A stretch of 64,000 bases of DNA from Clostridia bacterium. GTDB lineage: Bacteria; Bacillota; Clostridia; TANB77; CAG-508. The translations under genes and the position numbers were made by a program. The stretch spans positions 8,573-72,572 of the forward strand of contig JAEESU010000026.1 of assembly GCA_016290095.1 (NCBI GenBank), in the 5' to 3' direction. The notes under the pieces are model-generated. The model had not been told where the DNA came from. It made no database searches and saw nothing but the letters and a program-made list of their open reading frames with translations. Shown here one piece after another: positions 19,754 through 30,440 of this stretch (position 1 is its first letter; each line of letters begins with the position of its first letter).

Positions 19754-20560
19754 CTAAATAAAATGTGTTAATAATAAATAAGCAAATGGTGCAATAAACA
19801 TTACACTATCAATTCTATCTATCATTCCACCATGTCCTGGAAATAGTTCGCTAAAATCTTTTATATCAAAACTTCTTTTAATTACAGATGCTGCGAAATC
19901 TCCAATTTGTCCAATAATGCTTAATATAAGTGTAATAACTCCAATTCTTATATATGAAATATCTAGTCCCATATATTTATTAAGTCCCCAAGTAAGAATT
20001 AATGTCAGAATTATTGCTCCAACTGTACCTGAAATACAACCTTCCACTGATTTTTTAGGACTTACTTTACTAAATTTAGTTTTGCCTATTCTCATTCCTA
20101 AAAGATATGCGAATATATCTGTTCCCCATGCTGAGAACATGATAAACCAAACTAATACTTTTCCAGACACAGCTCCTTCATAATTATAGGTTAATGGGAA
20201 AAACACCAAAAGTCCAACAATATATAATATTCCAATTAATGTATATGAAATATCTTCAAAAGTGATTTTCATATCTGTAACTATTACACAAAAAAATAGT
20301 ATTAATAGTAAAATTGGAATTCCTAATTCTATGAATAATATATTTGGAAAAAGAGGTATAATTCCTACTAATAAAGAACAAGCATAACAAATCCACTTTA
20401 TAACATTTATTTTAGTTGATACACATTTAATATATTCACTCATACTGATAATAGCTATAATAGTTAACATTGCACTGATAATGTACTTATTTCCATAAAT
20501 CAATAATAATGCTACAATTGGTAATCCAATTATGCCTGTTAAAAACCTTTTAATACTCAT
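19754..20560 (-). CDS. cdsA: Phosphatidate cytidylyltransferase
   Basis: It is a polytopic membrane protein with a C-terminal SPKKSVEG...GHGG.IDR motif. Confidence 0.8.
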   Translation of the reverse strand: MSIKRFLTGIIGLPIVALLLIYGNKYIISAMLTIIAIISMSEYIKCVSTKINVIKWICYACSLLVGIIPLFPNILFIELGIPILLLILFFCVIVTDMKITFEDISYTLIGILYIVGLLVFFPLTYNYEGAVSGKVLVWFIMFSAWGTDIFAYLLGMRIGKTKFSKVSPKKSVEGCISGTVGAIILTLILTWGLNKYMGLDISYIRIGVITLILSIIGQIGDFAASVIKRSFDIKDFSELFPGHGGMIDRIDSVMFIAPFAYLLLTHFI

Positions 20561-20581
20561 TTACTTAATTATCCTTTATAA

Positions 20582-21289
20582 TTAATTTGCTCCAAAATTT
20601 CTTTTTCTTTTATTAAATTCAACTATTGCATTATCTAAATCATCACTATTAAAGTCTGGCCACAGTTTTTCTATAAACAATAACTCTGTATATACTGATT
20701 GCCATGGTAAGAATCCGCTCAAACGGATTTCTCCACTTGTTCTAATTAACAAGTCAGGATCAGGAATATTATATGTATATAAATTATCAGAAATAGTTTG
20801 CTCTGATATTTCATCAATACTCATTTCTCCTGAAGCAACTTTTTGTGATATCTTTCTTACTGCATGAACAATTTCATCTCTTCCGCCATAATTTAATGCG
20901 ATATTAAATACTATTCCATTATTATTTTCTGTTCTTCTTACAGCATCTTTTATTCCAGCTTGTAATGATTTTGATAAAGCAGTTAAATCTCCTAATACCC
21001 TTATTACAATATTTTCAGTATCTGCATCTTTTACAAAGTCATCTAGATACATTTGTAATAAATTCATTAAACTATTTACTTCATCTTCACTTCTTTTCCA
21101 ATTTTCAGTTGAAAATGCATAAACAGTAATATATTTTAAACCAATTTTATTTGCATAACGAACAACAGCTTTTAAAGTTTCTGCTCCTTGTTTATGTCCC
21201 ATTTTTATTGGTAAATTTCTGCTTTTTGCCCATCTTCTATTGCCATCCATAATAATAGCAATGTGTTCAGGCATTTTCATGTTTTCCAT
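20582..21289 (-). CDS. uppS: Undecaprenyl diphosphate synthase
   Basis: The protein contains HIAIIMDGNRRWAK, FSTENW.R and the RTSGE.RLSGFLPWQS motifs. Confidence 0.9.
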   Translation of the reverse strand: MENMKMPEHIAIIMDGNRRWAKSRNLPIKMGHKQGAETLKAVVRYANKIGLKYITVYAFSTENWKRSEDEVNSLMNLLQMYLDDFVKDADTENIVIRVLGDLTALSKSLQAGIKDAVRRTENNNGIVFNIALNYGGRDEIVHAVRKISQKVASGEMSIDEISEQTISDNLYTYNIPDPDLLIRTSGEIRLSGFLPWQSVYTELLFIEKLWPDFNSDDLDNAIVEFNKRKRNFGAN

Positions 21290-21303
21290 ATTCTACTCCA
21301 AAA

Positions 21304-21837
21304 CTATATACTCATTATTTCTTTTTCTTTATTTTCTAACATTTTGTCAACTTCTTCAATATATTTATCTGTTAGTTTTTGAATTTTATCTTCAAATACT
21401 TTTTTCTCATCTTCAGCTGCAATCTCTTTTGCAGATTCCATTCCGTCTCTTCTAATAGAACGAACAGCAACTCTTGCTTCTTCTGCAACTTTTCTAATAT
21501 CTTTTACTAAATCTTTTCTTCTTTCTTCTGTTAATTCTGGAAAATTAAGTCTAATTACTTTTCCATCATTATTTGGGTTTAATCCAATATCAGATGCTAA
21601 TATAGCTTTTTCTATTCCTTTTAAAGCACTTGCATCCCATGGTTGAATAACAATCATTCTAGCTTCTGGAACAGAAATTCCAGCAATTTGATTGATTGGA
21701 GTTTGAACTCCATAATATTCAACAGTAATTTTATTTAATATAGCTGGATTAGCTCTTCCTGCTCTAACCTCAGCTAAGTTTTCACCAAAAACATCTATTG
21801 TTTTTAACATTCTTTCTTCTAATTCTTCTAATTCCAT
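21304..21837 (-). CDS. frr: Ribosome recycling factor
   Basis: It is 177 aa long and contains [15 protein letters not shown]...VEYYG. Confidence 0.93.
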   Translation of the reverse strand: MELEELEERMLKTIDVFGENLAEVRAGRANPAILNKITVEYYGVQTPINQIAGISVPEARMIVIQPWDASALKGIEKAILASDIGLNPNNDGKVIRLNFPELTEERRKDLVKDIRKVAEEARVAVRSIRRDGMESAKEIAAEDEKKVFEDKIQKLTDKYIEEVDKMLENKEKEIMSI

Positions 21838-21887
21838 AATTTTTACCTTCCTTTTTCAAATTAACAACACCAAAACTTAATTATTTT

Positions 21888-22592
21888 TTAACTTACTATT
21901 GTTCCTATTTTTTCACCCTTTATGACTCTAACTATATTTTCAGGATCACTAATTGCAAAAACTCTTAATGGAATATTATTATCTTTGCATAATGCTGTTG
22001 CTGTAGAATCCATTACTTTTAAATCTTGTGCTAAAACATCTTTATATGATATTTCATCATATTTTTTAGCATTTGGATCCTTCTTTGGATCTGCTGAATA
22101 AACTCCATCGATTGTTTTTGCTAGTAATATAACTTCTGAATCTGTTTCTGCTGCTCTTAAAGCCGCTGCTGTATCTGTTGAGAAAAATGGATGTCCAGTT
22201 CCACAAGCAAATATTACTACTCTTCCTCTTTCTAAGTGTTTTACTGCTTTTCTTTTGATAAATGGTTCTGCAATCTCTCTCATTTCTATTGCTGTTTGGA
22301 CTCTAGTAAAAATCCCTCTTGCTTCTAGTGCTTCTTGTAATGCCAAGCTATTCATTGCTGTTGCTAGCATTCCCATATAATCTGCTGTTGATCTATCCAT
22401 TTTTTCACCATTTCTGGCACCTCTCCAGAAATTTCCACCACCTACTACAATAGAAACTTGAACTCCCAATTCAGAAATTTCTTTAATTCTATCACAGATT
22501 TTTCCAACTACATCTGGATTAATTCCGTGGCCAGTTTCTCCTGAAAGTGCTTCACCACTAAGTTTTAATAAGATTCTTTTATAAGCAATCAT
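21888..22592 (-). CDS. pyrH: UMP kinase
   Basis: The protein begins [12 protein letters not shown], contains [10 protein letters not shown], and is 234 aa long. Confidence 0.93.
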   Translation of the reverse strand: MIAYKRILLKLSGEALSGETGHGINPDVVGKICDRIKEISELGVQVSIVVGGGNFWRGARNGEKMDRSTADYMGMLATAMNSLALQEALEARGIFTRVQTAIEMREIAEPFIKRKAVKHLERGRVVIFACGTGHPFFSTDTAAALRAAETDSEVILLAKTIDGVYSADPKKDPNAKKYDEISYKDVLAQDLKVMDSTATALCKDNNIPLRVFAISDPENIVRVIKGEKIGTIVS

Positions 22593-22696
22593 ACATTCTC
22601 CTTTTTAAATTATAAATTTCCTATTATATATCGTTTGTATTCTATCATATATTTTTTATTTTTACACTATTTTTTATAAATTTTTTTAATCAATAA

Positions 22697-22738
22697 AACA
22701 AAAAAGATGGTTATAAATTATAACCATCTTTTATTATC
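22697..22738 (-). terminator. Intrinsic terminator downstream of greA
   Basis: An AAGATGGTTATAA-atta-TTATAACCATCTT hairpin is followed by TTTTTTG on the minus strand. Confidence 0.55.
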
Positions 22739-22763
22739 TATAGGAATCTATTATATACGTGCT

Positions 22764-23240
22764 TTATTTTTTGATTGATAAAATTTTTAATTTTACAATT
22801 CCGGCTGGAGCTTGAACTTCTACAATATTATTTTTCTTTTTGCCTAATAAAGCTTGACCAATTGGTGATTCATTAGAAATTTTATTATTGGCTAAATCGA
22901 CTTCTGTAGAACCTACTATTGTGTATTCTATTGTTTCATCGAATTCCATATCCAATACTTTTACAATATTTCCTACTTGAACAACTTCTGTATCTATTTC
23001 AGATTCATCTATAATCTTAGCATATTTTATTTTTTCTTCAAGTTCTGCTATTTTTATTTCATTAGCTGCTTGAGCATTTTTGGCTTCATCGTATTCTGAA
23101 TTTTCAGATAGATCTCCAAAACCTAAAGCAACTTTTATTCTTTCTGCAATAGCATATCTTTCTTCTGTTTTTAATCTTTCTAATTCCTTCTCTAAATTAT
23201 CATAGCCTTCTTGTGTTAATAAAAATTCCTTTTCACCCAT
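22764..23240 (-). CDS. greA: Transcription elongation factor GreA
   Basis: It is 158 aa long, with a coiled-coil N-domain and [10 protein letters not shown]. Confidence 0.9.
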   Translation of the reverse strand: MGEKEFLLTQEGYDNLEKELERLKTEERYAIAERIKVALGFGDLSENSEYDEAKNAQAANEIKIAELEEKIKYAKIIDESEIDTEVVQVGNIVKVLDMEFDETIEYTIVGSTEVDLANNKISNESPIGQALLGKKKNNIVEVQAPAGIVKLKILSIKK

Positions 23241-23316
23241 AACGCAAGACCCCCTTTTTGTATATTTTTATTACTACAATATAATAAGTTTATTTTATTT
23301 ATTTGTCAAGTTTTAT

Positions 23317-24216
23317 TCAAATTTTTTTATTCAATTTTAAATATTCACTCTTTCTAATAATACCATTTTGTCCACTTAGTAGATTAATTGCAATTTTATC
23401 ATTTTCTATTTCTTTTCTAATATTTTCTGGCAAAGTATTTTTATAAATAAAGCTTTCATACAAAATCGATTTGTCAAAATCATTAATCCATTCATCATAA
23501 TTATATTTATCTGGCAAACCAATATGAAATGAATATACATTTATTCCATTAAATGATTTAGTATGAATTTTTATTTTATTATTAACATTAATAAAACTAG
23601 CTTTAGGATATACATAATATTTATTAATATCCTCTTCAGAGAAATCATAATTAATTACAAAATCACTTTTTCTAAGACTTTTCTCATAGTGATTTGTTAT
23701 ATTTAAAATAATACCATTTTCCTCATATAGTTTTTTCTCAATTTTTAAAAATTTATTCTTATGCTTTGTTATAATATTAATCTCTCTAACCTTTAACGCC
23801 AAATTATATATTGTATTCATGATATCCGCATTTATATCATTAGTTAAAATAGACACTTTTTGATTTTCCATTTTATCTTTTTTATTCAAAACAATATATT
23901 CTACAATTTTCGAAACTAAATATTTAAAAAGCCAATTACCATTAAAATAATATATATCTTCTTCATTAAGCAATTGAATAAAATCGTTGTTATTCCTTAG
24001 CTCATCTGAAATACAAACAATGTTTGTACAGTTTAGCTTGAAAAATCTTTTTAGTCTTTTGATAGTTCTTTTATTAAGATCATTCAAAATAATTAATTGA
24101 TGTTCCCTATAATTCATTATTTTGAATTTGTTATTTTTTATAAGATAATATACTTTCTTTAAAAAATTATTTTTGTCTTCATATTTTTTTAGTGTTATAT
24201 ATAGCAAAAAAATCAC
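23317..24216 (-). CDS. Hypothetical protein, 299 aa, Lys/Asn-rich
   Basis: It is an ORF only, with no recognisable motifs. It is co-directional with the HExxH gene upstream. Confidence 0.35.
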   Translation of the reverse strand: MIFLLYITLKKYEDKNNFLKKVYYLIKNNKFKIMNYREHQLIILNDLNKRTIKRLKRFFKLNCTNIVCISDELRNNNDFIQLLNEEDIYYFNGNWLFKYLVSKIVEYIVLNKKDKMENQKVSILTNDINADIMNTIYNLALKVREINIITKHKNKFLKIEKKLYEENGIILNITNHYEKSLRKSDFVINYDFSEEDINKYYVYPKASFINVNNKIKIHTKSFNGINVYSFHIGLPDKYNYDEWINDFDKSILYESFIYKNTLPENIRKEIENDKIAINLLSGQNGIIRKSEYLKLNKKI

Positions 24217-24246
24217 CTCTTTTAACTATATGAGGTGATTTTTAAT

Positions 24247-25533
24247 TTATTCTTTTTGTCCATCATCAATACGATTTTTTCTGTTTGGCCTTATGCGTCT
24301 TTTTCGCATCGTATTTGATTCTTTTAATGCTAACGGATAGAATTCTTGTTTTTCATATTTTAAAGATTCCAGTTCGTGTATAATTTCTTCTTGTGAATAT
24401 CCCAATTTTAATAATTTTTGGCCAATTCTCTTATAAGTTCTATCATAATATTGAACATAGTCTCCTAATTGAGTTATCTCTTCATTATTATCTTTAACAT
24501 TTATTTTAGCCCTTTGGGTTTCTAAACTTCTTAATCTTGTTAATATATCTTTTGCATCTTCAATTGTATGCATCTTTGAAATATCTTGCCTAAATGCTTC
24601 TTTCATTAATTTATCTTGTGTTTCAGATAAATAATATAATCTATTTTTTACTAAGTCATCATCTTTTTCATATTCTAATACATTCATTCTTATAGTCATA
24701 AATGTATATAAATCTTTTCCGTATTTTTTTATAAATTCATGTGGAAATTCTCTTGTAGAAGCAAATTTTTTATCATAGCTCTTTCGCCCCATAATTATTT
24801 CCATTTGTCTTAGTAAACAAACTGCATATTTATAAGTATCAGCTCGAAAATTAAAAATAGCAAGCGATGGTTTTCTAGTTTCTTTGTATAAAACAGCTCG
24901 AGACATTTTAGGAAAGCTTCTTTCTACTGCTAAACTTTCTGCTTGAGCTTCAGACATAATATCATCTAGATTGCTCTCTTTTTCTTCTGTAAGCATATCT
25001 TGAATATAATGAATAAACTCATGAAATCTTGATGATTTTGCTTCTCTAGAATTTGTAGCCAATTCGTTTTCATTAAAAGCAATATAATGTTTATCTCTCT
25101 CATAATATCCTTTCATTAAAGAATCTTCTGTATTACCATCATGTGAGTGATAATATCTAATTGAAACACTTTTTATTAGCTTTATAATTCTTCCTATTGG
25201 AATCCTTTCTTTTGCAACACTTGCTAGCCACAAAAAATTTGCTATTTGTTCTTTTTTTAGTGCATTAGCAATATGATCTGGAAGATTATATAATTTTGGA
25301 TTTGTGTATATATCTTTAAAGCTAGTTTCTATTTCTCCTTCTTCTCCAATTAATTCATCTGCATCAATATAATCTTTACCAACTTTCATGGTATTATAAA
25401 AAAGTATTCTTTCTGTTCTTTCATCAAATGGTTTAAAAACTCTATATAACTTTTTATCATTCCATTTTCTGACATCTACAAGAATTCCTTTAAAACCTCT
25501 CATTGTGACTGGCTTAATTAATTTCCTACTCAT
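24247..25533 (-). CDS. Hypothetical HExxH-motif protein, a paralog of 36986..37984, with an Arg/Lys-rich C-terminal tail
   Basis: It contains ...SSRFHEFIHYIQDM, which aligns with TFHELGHIVHDM of the second copy across roughly 40 residues. It is 428 aa long. Confidence 0.45.
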   Translation of the reverse strand: MSRKLIKPVTMRGFKGILVDVRKWNDKKLYRVFKPFDERTERILFYNTMKVGKDYIDADELIGEEGEIETSFKDIYTNPKLYNLPDHIANALKKEQIANFLWLASVAKERIPIGRIIKLIKSVSIRYYHSHDGNTEDSLMKGYYERDKHYIAFNENELATNSREAKSSRFHEFIHYIQDMLTEEKESNLDDIMSEAQAESLAVERSFPKMSRAVLYKETRKPSLAIFNFRADTYKYAVCLLRQMEIIMGRKSYDKKFASTREFPHEFIKKYGKDLYTFMTIRMNVLEYEKDDDLVKNRLYYLSETQDKLMKEAFRQDISKMHTIEDAKDILTRLRSLETQRAKINVKDNNEEITQLGDYVQYYDRTYKRIGQKLLKLGYSQEEIIHELESLKYEKQEFYPLALKESNTMRKRRIRPNRKNRIDDGQKE

Positions 25534-25592
25534 ATTATCTCCATATTAAAAATAAAAGATATAGATTTATGTCTATATCTTTTGTGCAAATT

Positions 25593-25667
25593 TGGCTCGG
25601 GTGGTTAGATTCGAACTAACGAATGTCGGAGTCAGAGTCCGATGCCTTACCGCTTGGCGACACCCGA
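25593..25667 (-). tRNA. tRNA-Gln(CUG)
   Basis: I folded the minus-strand 75-nt sequence by hand. The acceptor TCGGGTG/CACCCGA has a U1:A72 pair and a G73 discriminator. The T-arm is GTTAG-TTCGAAT-CTAAC. The anticodon loop is CTCTGAC with anticodon CTG. CCA is encoded. A hairpin plus T-run terminator lies immediately 3' at about 25543-25585. Confidence 0.8.
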
Positions 25668-25800
25668 ATAAATTAAATACATTTAAGATTATACCTTTTA
25701 TTTTCGCATTTTACAAGTATTAAGAATTATTTTTTTAAATACTATGGACTTTTTTATAAATTTTGTATATCATTAATATAGTGTTTAAAGGAGGCCACTT

Positions 25801-26124
25801 ATGTCTAGAACAATTAAATTAATATTATGTATATCACTTATTTTTATATTTTTAATAAGTTTTAATATTGTAAATGCTACTGAGGAAAACTCTTCTGAAG
25901 CTAGTGAAGTTACTCAAGAAGAGCCCGAATCTGTAATTACTGAAAATGCATCTGACATTAGTAACCTTTCAGTACTTAAACCAACAAATAATTCTAAGGT
26001 ATCAAGCATTAACAGTTATGAACAAGCAAATCTTAAACTAAACAATGTATTATGTATTATATTGATTGCTATTGGTACTATATTAATCTTGTTAGCTTTA
26101 GCAATTTTAATTAGAGCAAAATAA
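25801..26124 (+). CDS. Small secreted protein with a C-terminal membrane anchor
   Basis: It has a signal peptide, a Ser/Glu-rich middle region and a C-terminal TM. An AGGAGG RBS precedes it. Confidence 0.4.
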   Translation: MSRTIKLILCISLIFIFLISFNIVNATEENSSEASEVTQEEPESVITENASDISNLSVLKPTNNSKVSSINSYEQANLKLNNVLCIILIAIGTILILLALAILIRAK

Positions 26125-26164
26125 AAAAAAGCCTTCGTGTTTATTTCACGAAGGCCTTTTTTTA
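26123..26164. terminator. Bidirectional intrinsic terminator between convergent genes
   Basis: The sequence is A8-GCCTTCGTG-tttatt-CACGAAGGC-T8. Confidence 0.65.
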
Positions 26165-26524
26165 GCTATTATTCTGTGTTGCATAATACCATATTGCGGC
26201 AATAATAATTATTGCTGCTACAGATAATATAATCCACATCCATGTTGTTGTAGTCATTGTATTCATTCCACTTCTTTGAACTGTACTTTCTGTTGTTGTT
26301 TGTACTGTATTATAATCATTCACTCCTGATTTTACTTCATTTACTGTGTCATCAACAATATTCATTGAAGTTAAATTTTCAAAACTTTGTCCAGTTTTAT
26401 CAATAGATTGCATAATCTCATTTCCTAAAGTTACAGAGTTTCCATTATCGGCAGCAAAACAAGTTGAACTACATATACAAAGAACTATTATAGCTAAAAC
26501 GGAATATAATAATTTCCTTGTCAT
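26162..26524 (-). CDS. Small secreted protein with a C-terminal membrane anchor
   Basis: It has a signal peptide and a C-terminal TM helix, and is 120 aa long. Confidence 0.4.
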   Translation of the reverse strand: MTRKLLYSVLAIIVLCICSSTCFAADNGNSVTLGNEIMQSIDKTGQSFENLTSMNIVDDTVNEVKSGVNDYNTVQTTTESTVQRSGMNTMTTTTWMWIILSVAAIIIIAAIWYYATQNNS

Positions 26525-26620
26525 ATTTTTTCCCTCTTTTCAAAAAGAAATTTGTATGTTTTTCATACATTTTTATTATGAATCTTTTTAATAAATTTAT
26601 TCTAGTAAATTTTTGATATA

Positions 26621-27271
26621 TTATTGTTCGGATATATTAATATTTTTTATTTCTGTATCAAATTCTCTTGTAACAATATTTTGTATTTTTGCAATATCTT
26701 CTTTGGTTAAATTTGTTGATTGAATAATAACATCAATATTTCCATTATTTGCCAAAATTACTACATTTTCAAAACCTTTATTCATAATTAAATTTTCAGA
26801 AACCATTATCTCATTTTTTATTTTGGTTATATTATTTATTTCCTGCGCTGCAACCATTTTTTGATCTTCTGGTGTTTCTTGGTTACTAATAACTTTTTGA
26901 TATATTTCAACCATTTCTGAATACATTCTATCTCTTTCTAATTTTGTTTCCTCAAAATAATTATTATCTCTATAAATATAATTGTCTGATATAGTTTCTT
27001 CAATTTCATCATTTGGAACAATATCACTCTCAAAATTTTCCTCAACTGGTTCAGTACTTACTAACTCTACATCTCCTAAAGTGTTCTCGTTGTCTCTTGC
27101 AGACACTTCTATTATTTCTGCATTATCATTTGTGTAATTAAAATTAAAATAACCAATAAAAATTAATAATAATGCTAAACAAGTTAAAACTAATTGTTTT
27201 ATTTTTTCTTTTTGAAATTTACACATATTATTCATCTCCCATCTCATAAACTTGTATTTTATGTGTAGCAA
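26621..27271 (-). CDS. spoIIIAH: Stage III sporulation protein AH
   Basis: The C-terminal 110 aa are collinear with B. subtilis SpoIIIAH (FEETKLERDRMY...VVILANNGNIDVIIQS...). It has an N-terminal TM. Confidence 0.65.
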   Translation of the reverse strand: MLHIKYKFMRWEMNNMCKFQKEKIKQLVLTCLALLLIFIGYFNFNYTNDNAEIIEVSARDNENTLGDVELVSTEPVEENFESDIVPNDEIEETISDNYIYRDNNYFEETKLERDRMYSEMVEIYQKVISNQETPEDQKMVAAQEINNITKIKNEIMVSENLIMNKGFENVVILANNGNIDVIIQSTNLTKEDIAKIQNIVTREFDTEIKNINISEQ

Positions 27272-27804
27272 TTCCGTGTTACAGCTTCAACAGCAGAAAT
27301 AATATCTCCTCTAATTGTAGGATTACTAGCACCTTGAGCAATTACAAGTGCACCTTCTATTTGTGGCATAACAGTTTTCTCCGTAAGCATATTTGAACTG
27401 GCATCTTTTACTACTTCTTTTTCTTCACTAGTAGTCTCAGTAGTCTTTTTATTTCCTGATTCGTCGTTTTCTTCTGTTTTACTTTTATTTAAATTTGTAT
27501 TATATATAGGTATAATTGATTTACTTTCAGTATATGTAATTAATACAGATACTTTTCCAACACCATTTATTTTAGAAAGAATTTTCTCTAGCTTTTGTTC
27601 TAAATTATCTTGACTCAAATTTTCACTAGAATTAGTTGAAACTGCAAGTTCAACTCCTGTTTTATTAGTATATTCTCTTTCATCTTCTTTTTTTAGAATT
27701 CTATTAATTATTAATAAAGTTACAATTAAAATAATCAAAAAAGAAATTAGGTTCTCTACTCTTTTTTCTTTATTTGTAAATATACTCTTTATTTTATCAA
27801 TCAT
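27259..27804 (-). CDS. spoIIIAG: Stage III sporulation protein AG
   Basis: The C-terminal PQIEGALVIAQGASNPTIRGDIISAVEAVT matches the SpoIIIAG signature. It has an N-terminal TM. Confidence 0.7.
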   Translation of the reverse strand: MIDKIKSIFTNKEKRVENLISFLIILIVTLLIINRILKKEDEREYTNKTGVELAVSTNSSENLSQDNLEQKLEKILSKINGVGKVSVLITYTESKSIIPIYNTNLNKSKTEENDESGNKKTTETTSEEKEVVKDASSNMLTEKTVMPQIEGALVIAQGASNPTIRGDIISAVEAVTRNCYT

Positions 27805-28271
27805 TGACTACCTCGTATTTCAATATTTTGCTCATCAACAAAATAATTATTTTTTAAATATTCATATATATTATTTGTGTTTTCAGAAAACTGATTCAAA
27901 ACAATATCTACATGATTTATTGTTTCATAATTTGAATCTAATTGTATTTTTACATCTTTTATGTCTAATCCTCTTTCAATTAACTCGTTTTTTATGCTAT
28001 CTTCTATTCCTAAAATATAAATATCTTTTATATTTGTATCCATATCTACATATGTTTCTTCAATACTTACATTAAAAATCGAATCTATATTTATTTTATC
28101 ATCTAATAAATCTAAAATTGGATTTATTATCACATATAAAATATAAATTCCAATTATTACTTTAGCATATTTTTTATTGTTTCCTTCTGGTATTAGCATT
28201 TCAATAATAATTGAAATAATAATAACTACTATTAAGCCTTCACACCATTCTTTTAATTTATAAATCATCAT
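27801..28271 (-). CDS. spoIIIAF: Stage III sporulation protein AF
   Basis: The N-terminal two-TM region with KYAKVIIGIYIL matches SpoIIIAF. Confidence 0.6.
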   Translation of the reverse strand: MMIYKLKEWCEGLIVVIIISIIIEMLIPEGNNKKYAKVIIGIYILYVIINPILDLLDDKINIDSIFNVSIEETYVDMDTNIKDIYILGIEDSIKNELIERGLDIKDVKIQLDSNYETINHVDIVLNQFSENTNNIYEYLKNNYFVDEQNIEIRGSQ

Positions 28272-29360
28272 TTACCTATACATTAAAACACTATTTGTTA
28301 TTTTTATAACAATTGTAATTCCAATAATAAACATTGTAGAAACTGAACATAAAATTGCAAATAATATTTTATAACCATCTGCTATCTGATCTAATAACTT
28401 TACAATTTTATCATCTGCTATTGTTTCACAAACTGCTGATGTTAGTTTAAATGTTAGCCACATTACTAGTATTTTAATAAGTGGCATTAAAACAATTCCT
28501 ATAATTATTATTACTCCAACAATTCCTACTGAGTTTTTCAAGATATTACTACAGCCCATTACAGTATCTACAGTATCTCCAAGTATTTTTCCAACAACTG
28601 GTATTATTGTAGAAACAGCTGTTTTTGCAGTTTTAGAAGTTACTCCATCTACACCACTACTTAATGTTCCTTCTAATGATAATATACAAGTAAATAAAGT
28701 TAATAATATTCCCAATGTCCAAATGATGAATGATTTGAAACATTTAGATAGTTTATCAACTTGTACTTTATCGGAAATGTTTGAAATTATTGATAATACA
28801 ATAGATATCATTAATAACGGTATTAATAAAACTTCTATAAAATTTCCAATAAAACTAGATAAAAAAATTAGTATTGGTTGGAATGTATTAGTTGTAATAA
28901 TGCTTCCAGTTGTTAACATTAATGTCGTCATTAATGGAATTAGTAAATTCATAAAATTAGTAAGGTTGTTTATTGTTTCTTTTGTAATATCAATTATCAT
29001 AATAAACTGGTTTACTATCATTGTCACAATTATTAGATATTGTACAAAATAAACTATTTTACTGCTTTCTGTATTTTTTAATCCATCTATAATTGTTTTA
29101 AATATAGTATGTATTATTATTACAACTAAAATTGCTGACAAAAAACTTATACTTTCCCTTAGTTCTTTTAAAAATATTTTGCTTATTGCATTTTCTCTTA
29201 AAAGACTATTTATGTTTCCGCTTAGTGATACTGTAAATAGTTTGTCCAAATTCATTTCTGGAAAAACAGTTTTTGTATATTCTTCTGACGAATCTAAAAA
29301 CTGATTAATACCAAATTTATTCATTTCAGATGAAATTATCTCATTCATTTTTATCTCCAA
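28272..29360 (-). CDS. spoIIIAE: Stage III sporulation protein AE
   Basis: It is a 362-aa polytopic membrane protein at the expected position and of the expected size. Confidence 0.75.
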   Translation of the reverse strand: MEIKMNEIISSEMNKFGINQFLDSSEEYTKTVFPEMNLDKLFTVSLSGNINSLLRENAISKIFLKELRESISFLSAILVVIIIHTIFKTIIDGLKNTESSKIVYFVQYLIIVTMIVNQFIMIIDITKETINNLTNFMNLLIPLMTTLMLTTGSIITTNTFQPILIFLSSFIGNFIEVLLIPLLMISIVLSIISNISDKVQVDKLSKCFKSFIIWTLGILLTLFTCILSLEGTLSSGVDGVTSKTAKTAVSTIIPVVGKILGDTVDTVMGCSNILKNSVGIVGVIIIIGIVLMPLIKILVMWLTFKLTSAVCETIADDKIVKLLDQIADGYKILFAILCSVSTMFIIGITIVIKITNSVLMYR

Positions 29361-29732
29361 TTATGGCAATAATTTAACTAATATTTCTAATGTGTTGGAA
29401 ATAATTGGAATTGAAAGCGAAATAATAATTATTTTACTTCCAAAATCAATTTTACTTGCTATTGATGTTTCTCCAGAATCTTTGCAAATACTCATTGCAT
29501 ATTCAGATAGAATAGAAATTCCTGTAATTTTTAATAGTAAATTTATAAAATTATTATTAGAAACATTTTTTACAAAAGAAAAAATCTCTTTTATTGTGTC
29601 TATAGAATATAAAATAATAATAATTCCACAGACAACAAGAACATATACTGAATATTCCTTTTTATATTCTTTTAAAATTATCGATAAAACAAGTGCAAGA
29701 AAACATATTCCAATTATTTTAAAAATATCCAT
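29361..29732 (-). CDS. spoIIIAD: Stage III sporulation protein AD
   Basis: It is 123 aa long, has four TM helices, and contains LLLKITGISILSEYA. Confidence 0.7.
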   Translation of the reverse strand: MDIFKIIGICFLALVLSIILKEYKKEYSVYVLVVCGIIIILYSIDTIKEIFSFVKNVSNNNFINLLLKITGISILSEYAMSICKDSGETSIASKIDFGSKIIIISLSIPIISNTLEILVKLLP

Positions 29733-29926
29733 TATAAATTAAACACCGTCCTAACAGTTTCAAAAAGAGAGCTTATTTCTTTTACAACAACTGTCATCAC
29801 TATAACCATTCCGGCTAGTGTAATCATCATTGCTTGGTCTTCTCTACCTGCTTTTGTTAAAACTTGATGTAGCACAGCAATTAGTATTCCTATTCCTGCA
29901 ATTTTTAGCAATAAATCAATATTCAT
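29732..29926 (-). CDS. spoIIIAC: Stage III sporulation protein AC
   Basis: It is 64 aa long and begins MNIDLLLKIAGIGILIAVLHQVL. A GGAGAGGG RBS precedes it. Confidence 0.8.
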   Translation of the reverse strand: MNIDLLLKIAGIGILIAVLHQVLTKAGREDQAMMITLAGMVIVMTVVVKEISSLFETVRTVFNL

Positions 29927-29934
29927 AACCCTCT

Positions 29935-30440
29935 CCTAAATTAAAATAATACAAATTCCAAGTCCTATAATAACTCCTAATGTCTTATATAGTTTTGAAG
30001 ATTTATTTTTTTCAATCTCTGCATTTTGAATCTGAGTATTAATTAGATTTTTCGTGTATTCAATACTGCTTAATTGTCCTTTTATATCAGTTTTTCCGAA
30101 GCTGTTTTCCAAATGTTTTTATAATTTCTTTATCTTCTTTTGTAAAACTGTTATCTATTTTTTCAACTGATTCACACCAAGACTCAAAAAATTGATTATT
30201 TCTCGAATTAACATTTATAAAAATATTATCCTTATCTGAATAAATAACTTTTGAAATATCTTTGAATATATCTCCTAAAGGTTCATGAGTAAACTCAATT
30301 TTGCTTTTTAACATATTTAAAGAATTATTAATTTTTTTCAAATTTTCTTCTCTACACTCGAATGTTTTTGCTTTAAGAATTCCTAAATAAGAACTAATTA
30401 AGCAAATAAAAAGGAGCATTATTAATTTTATTATTATCAT
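29935..30440 (-). pseudogene. spoIIIAB: spoIIIAB interrupted by a frameshift. The annotated ORF is 30087..30440 and the C-terminus continues in another frame to about 29935.
   Basis: The annotated ORF ends ...FGKQLRKN*. The next frame continues TDIKGQLSSIEYTKNLINTQIQNAEIEKNKSSKLYKTLGVIIGLGICIILI*, which matches the SpoIIIAB C-terminal helix and TM. The shift sits in an A5 run at about 30091-30095. Confidence 0.6.
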
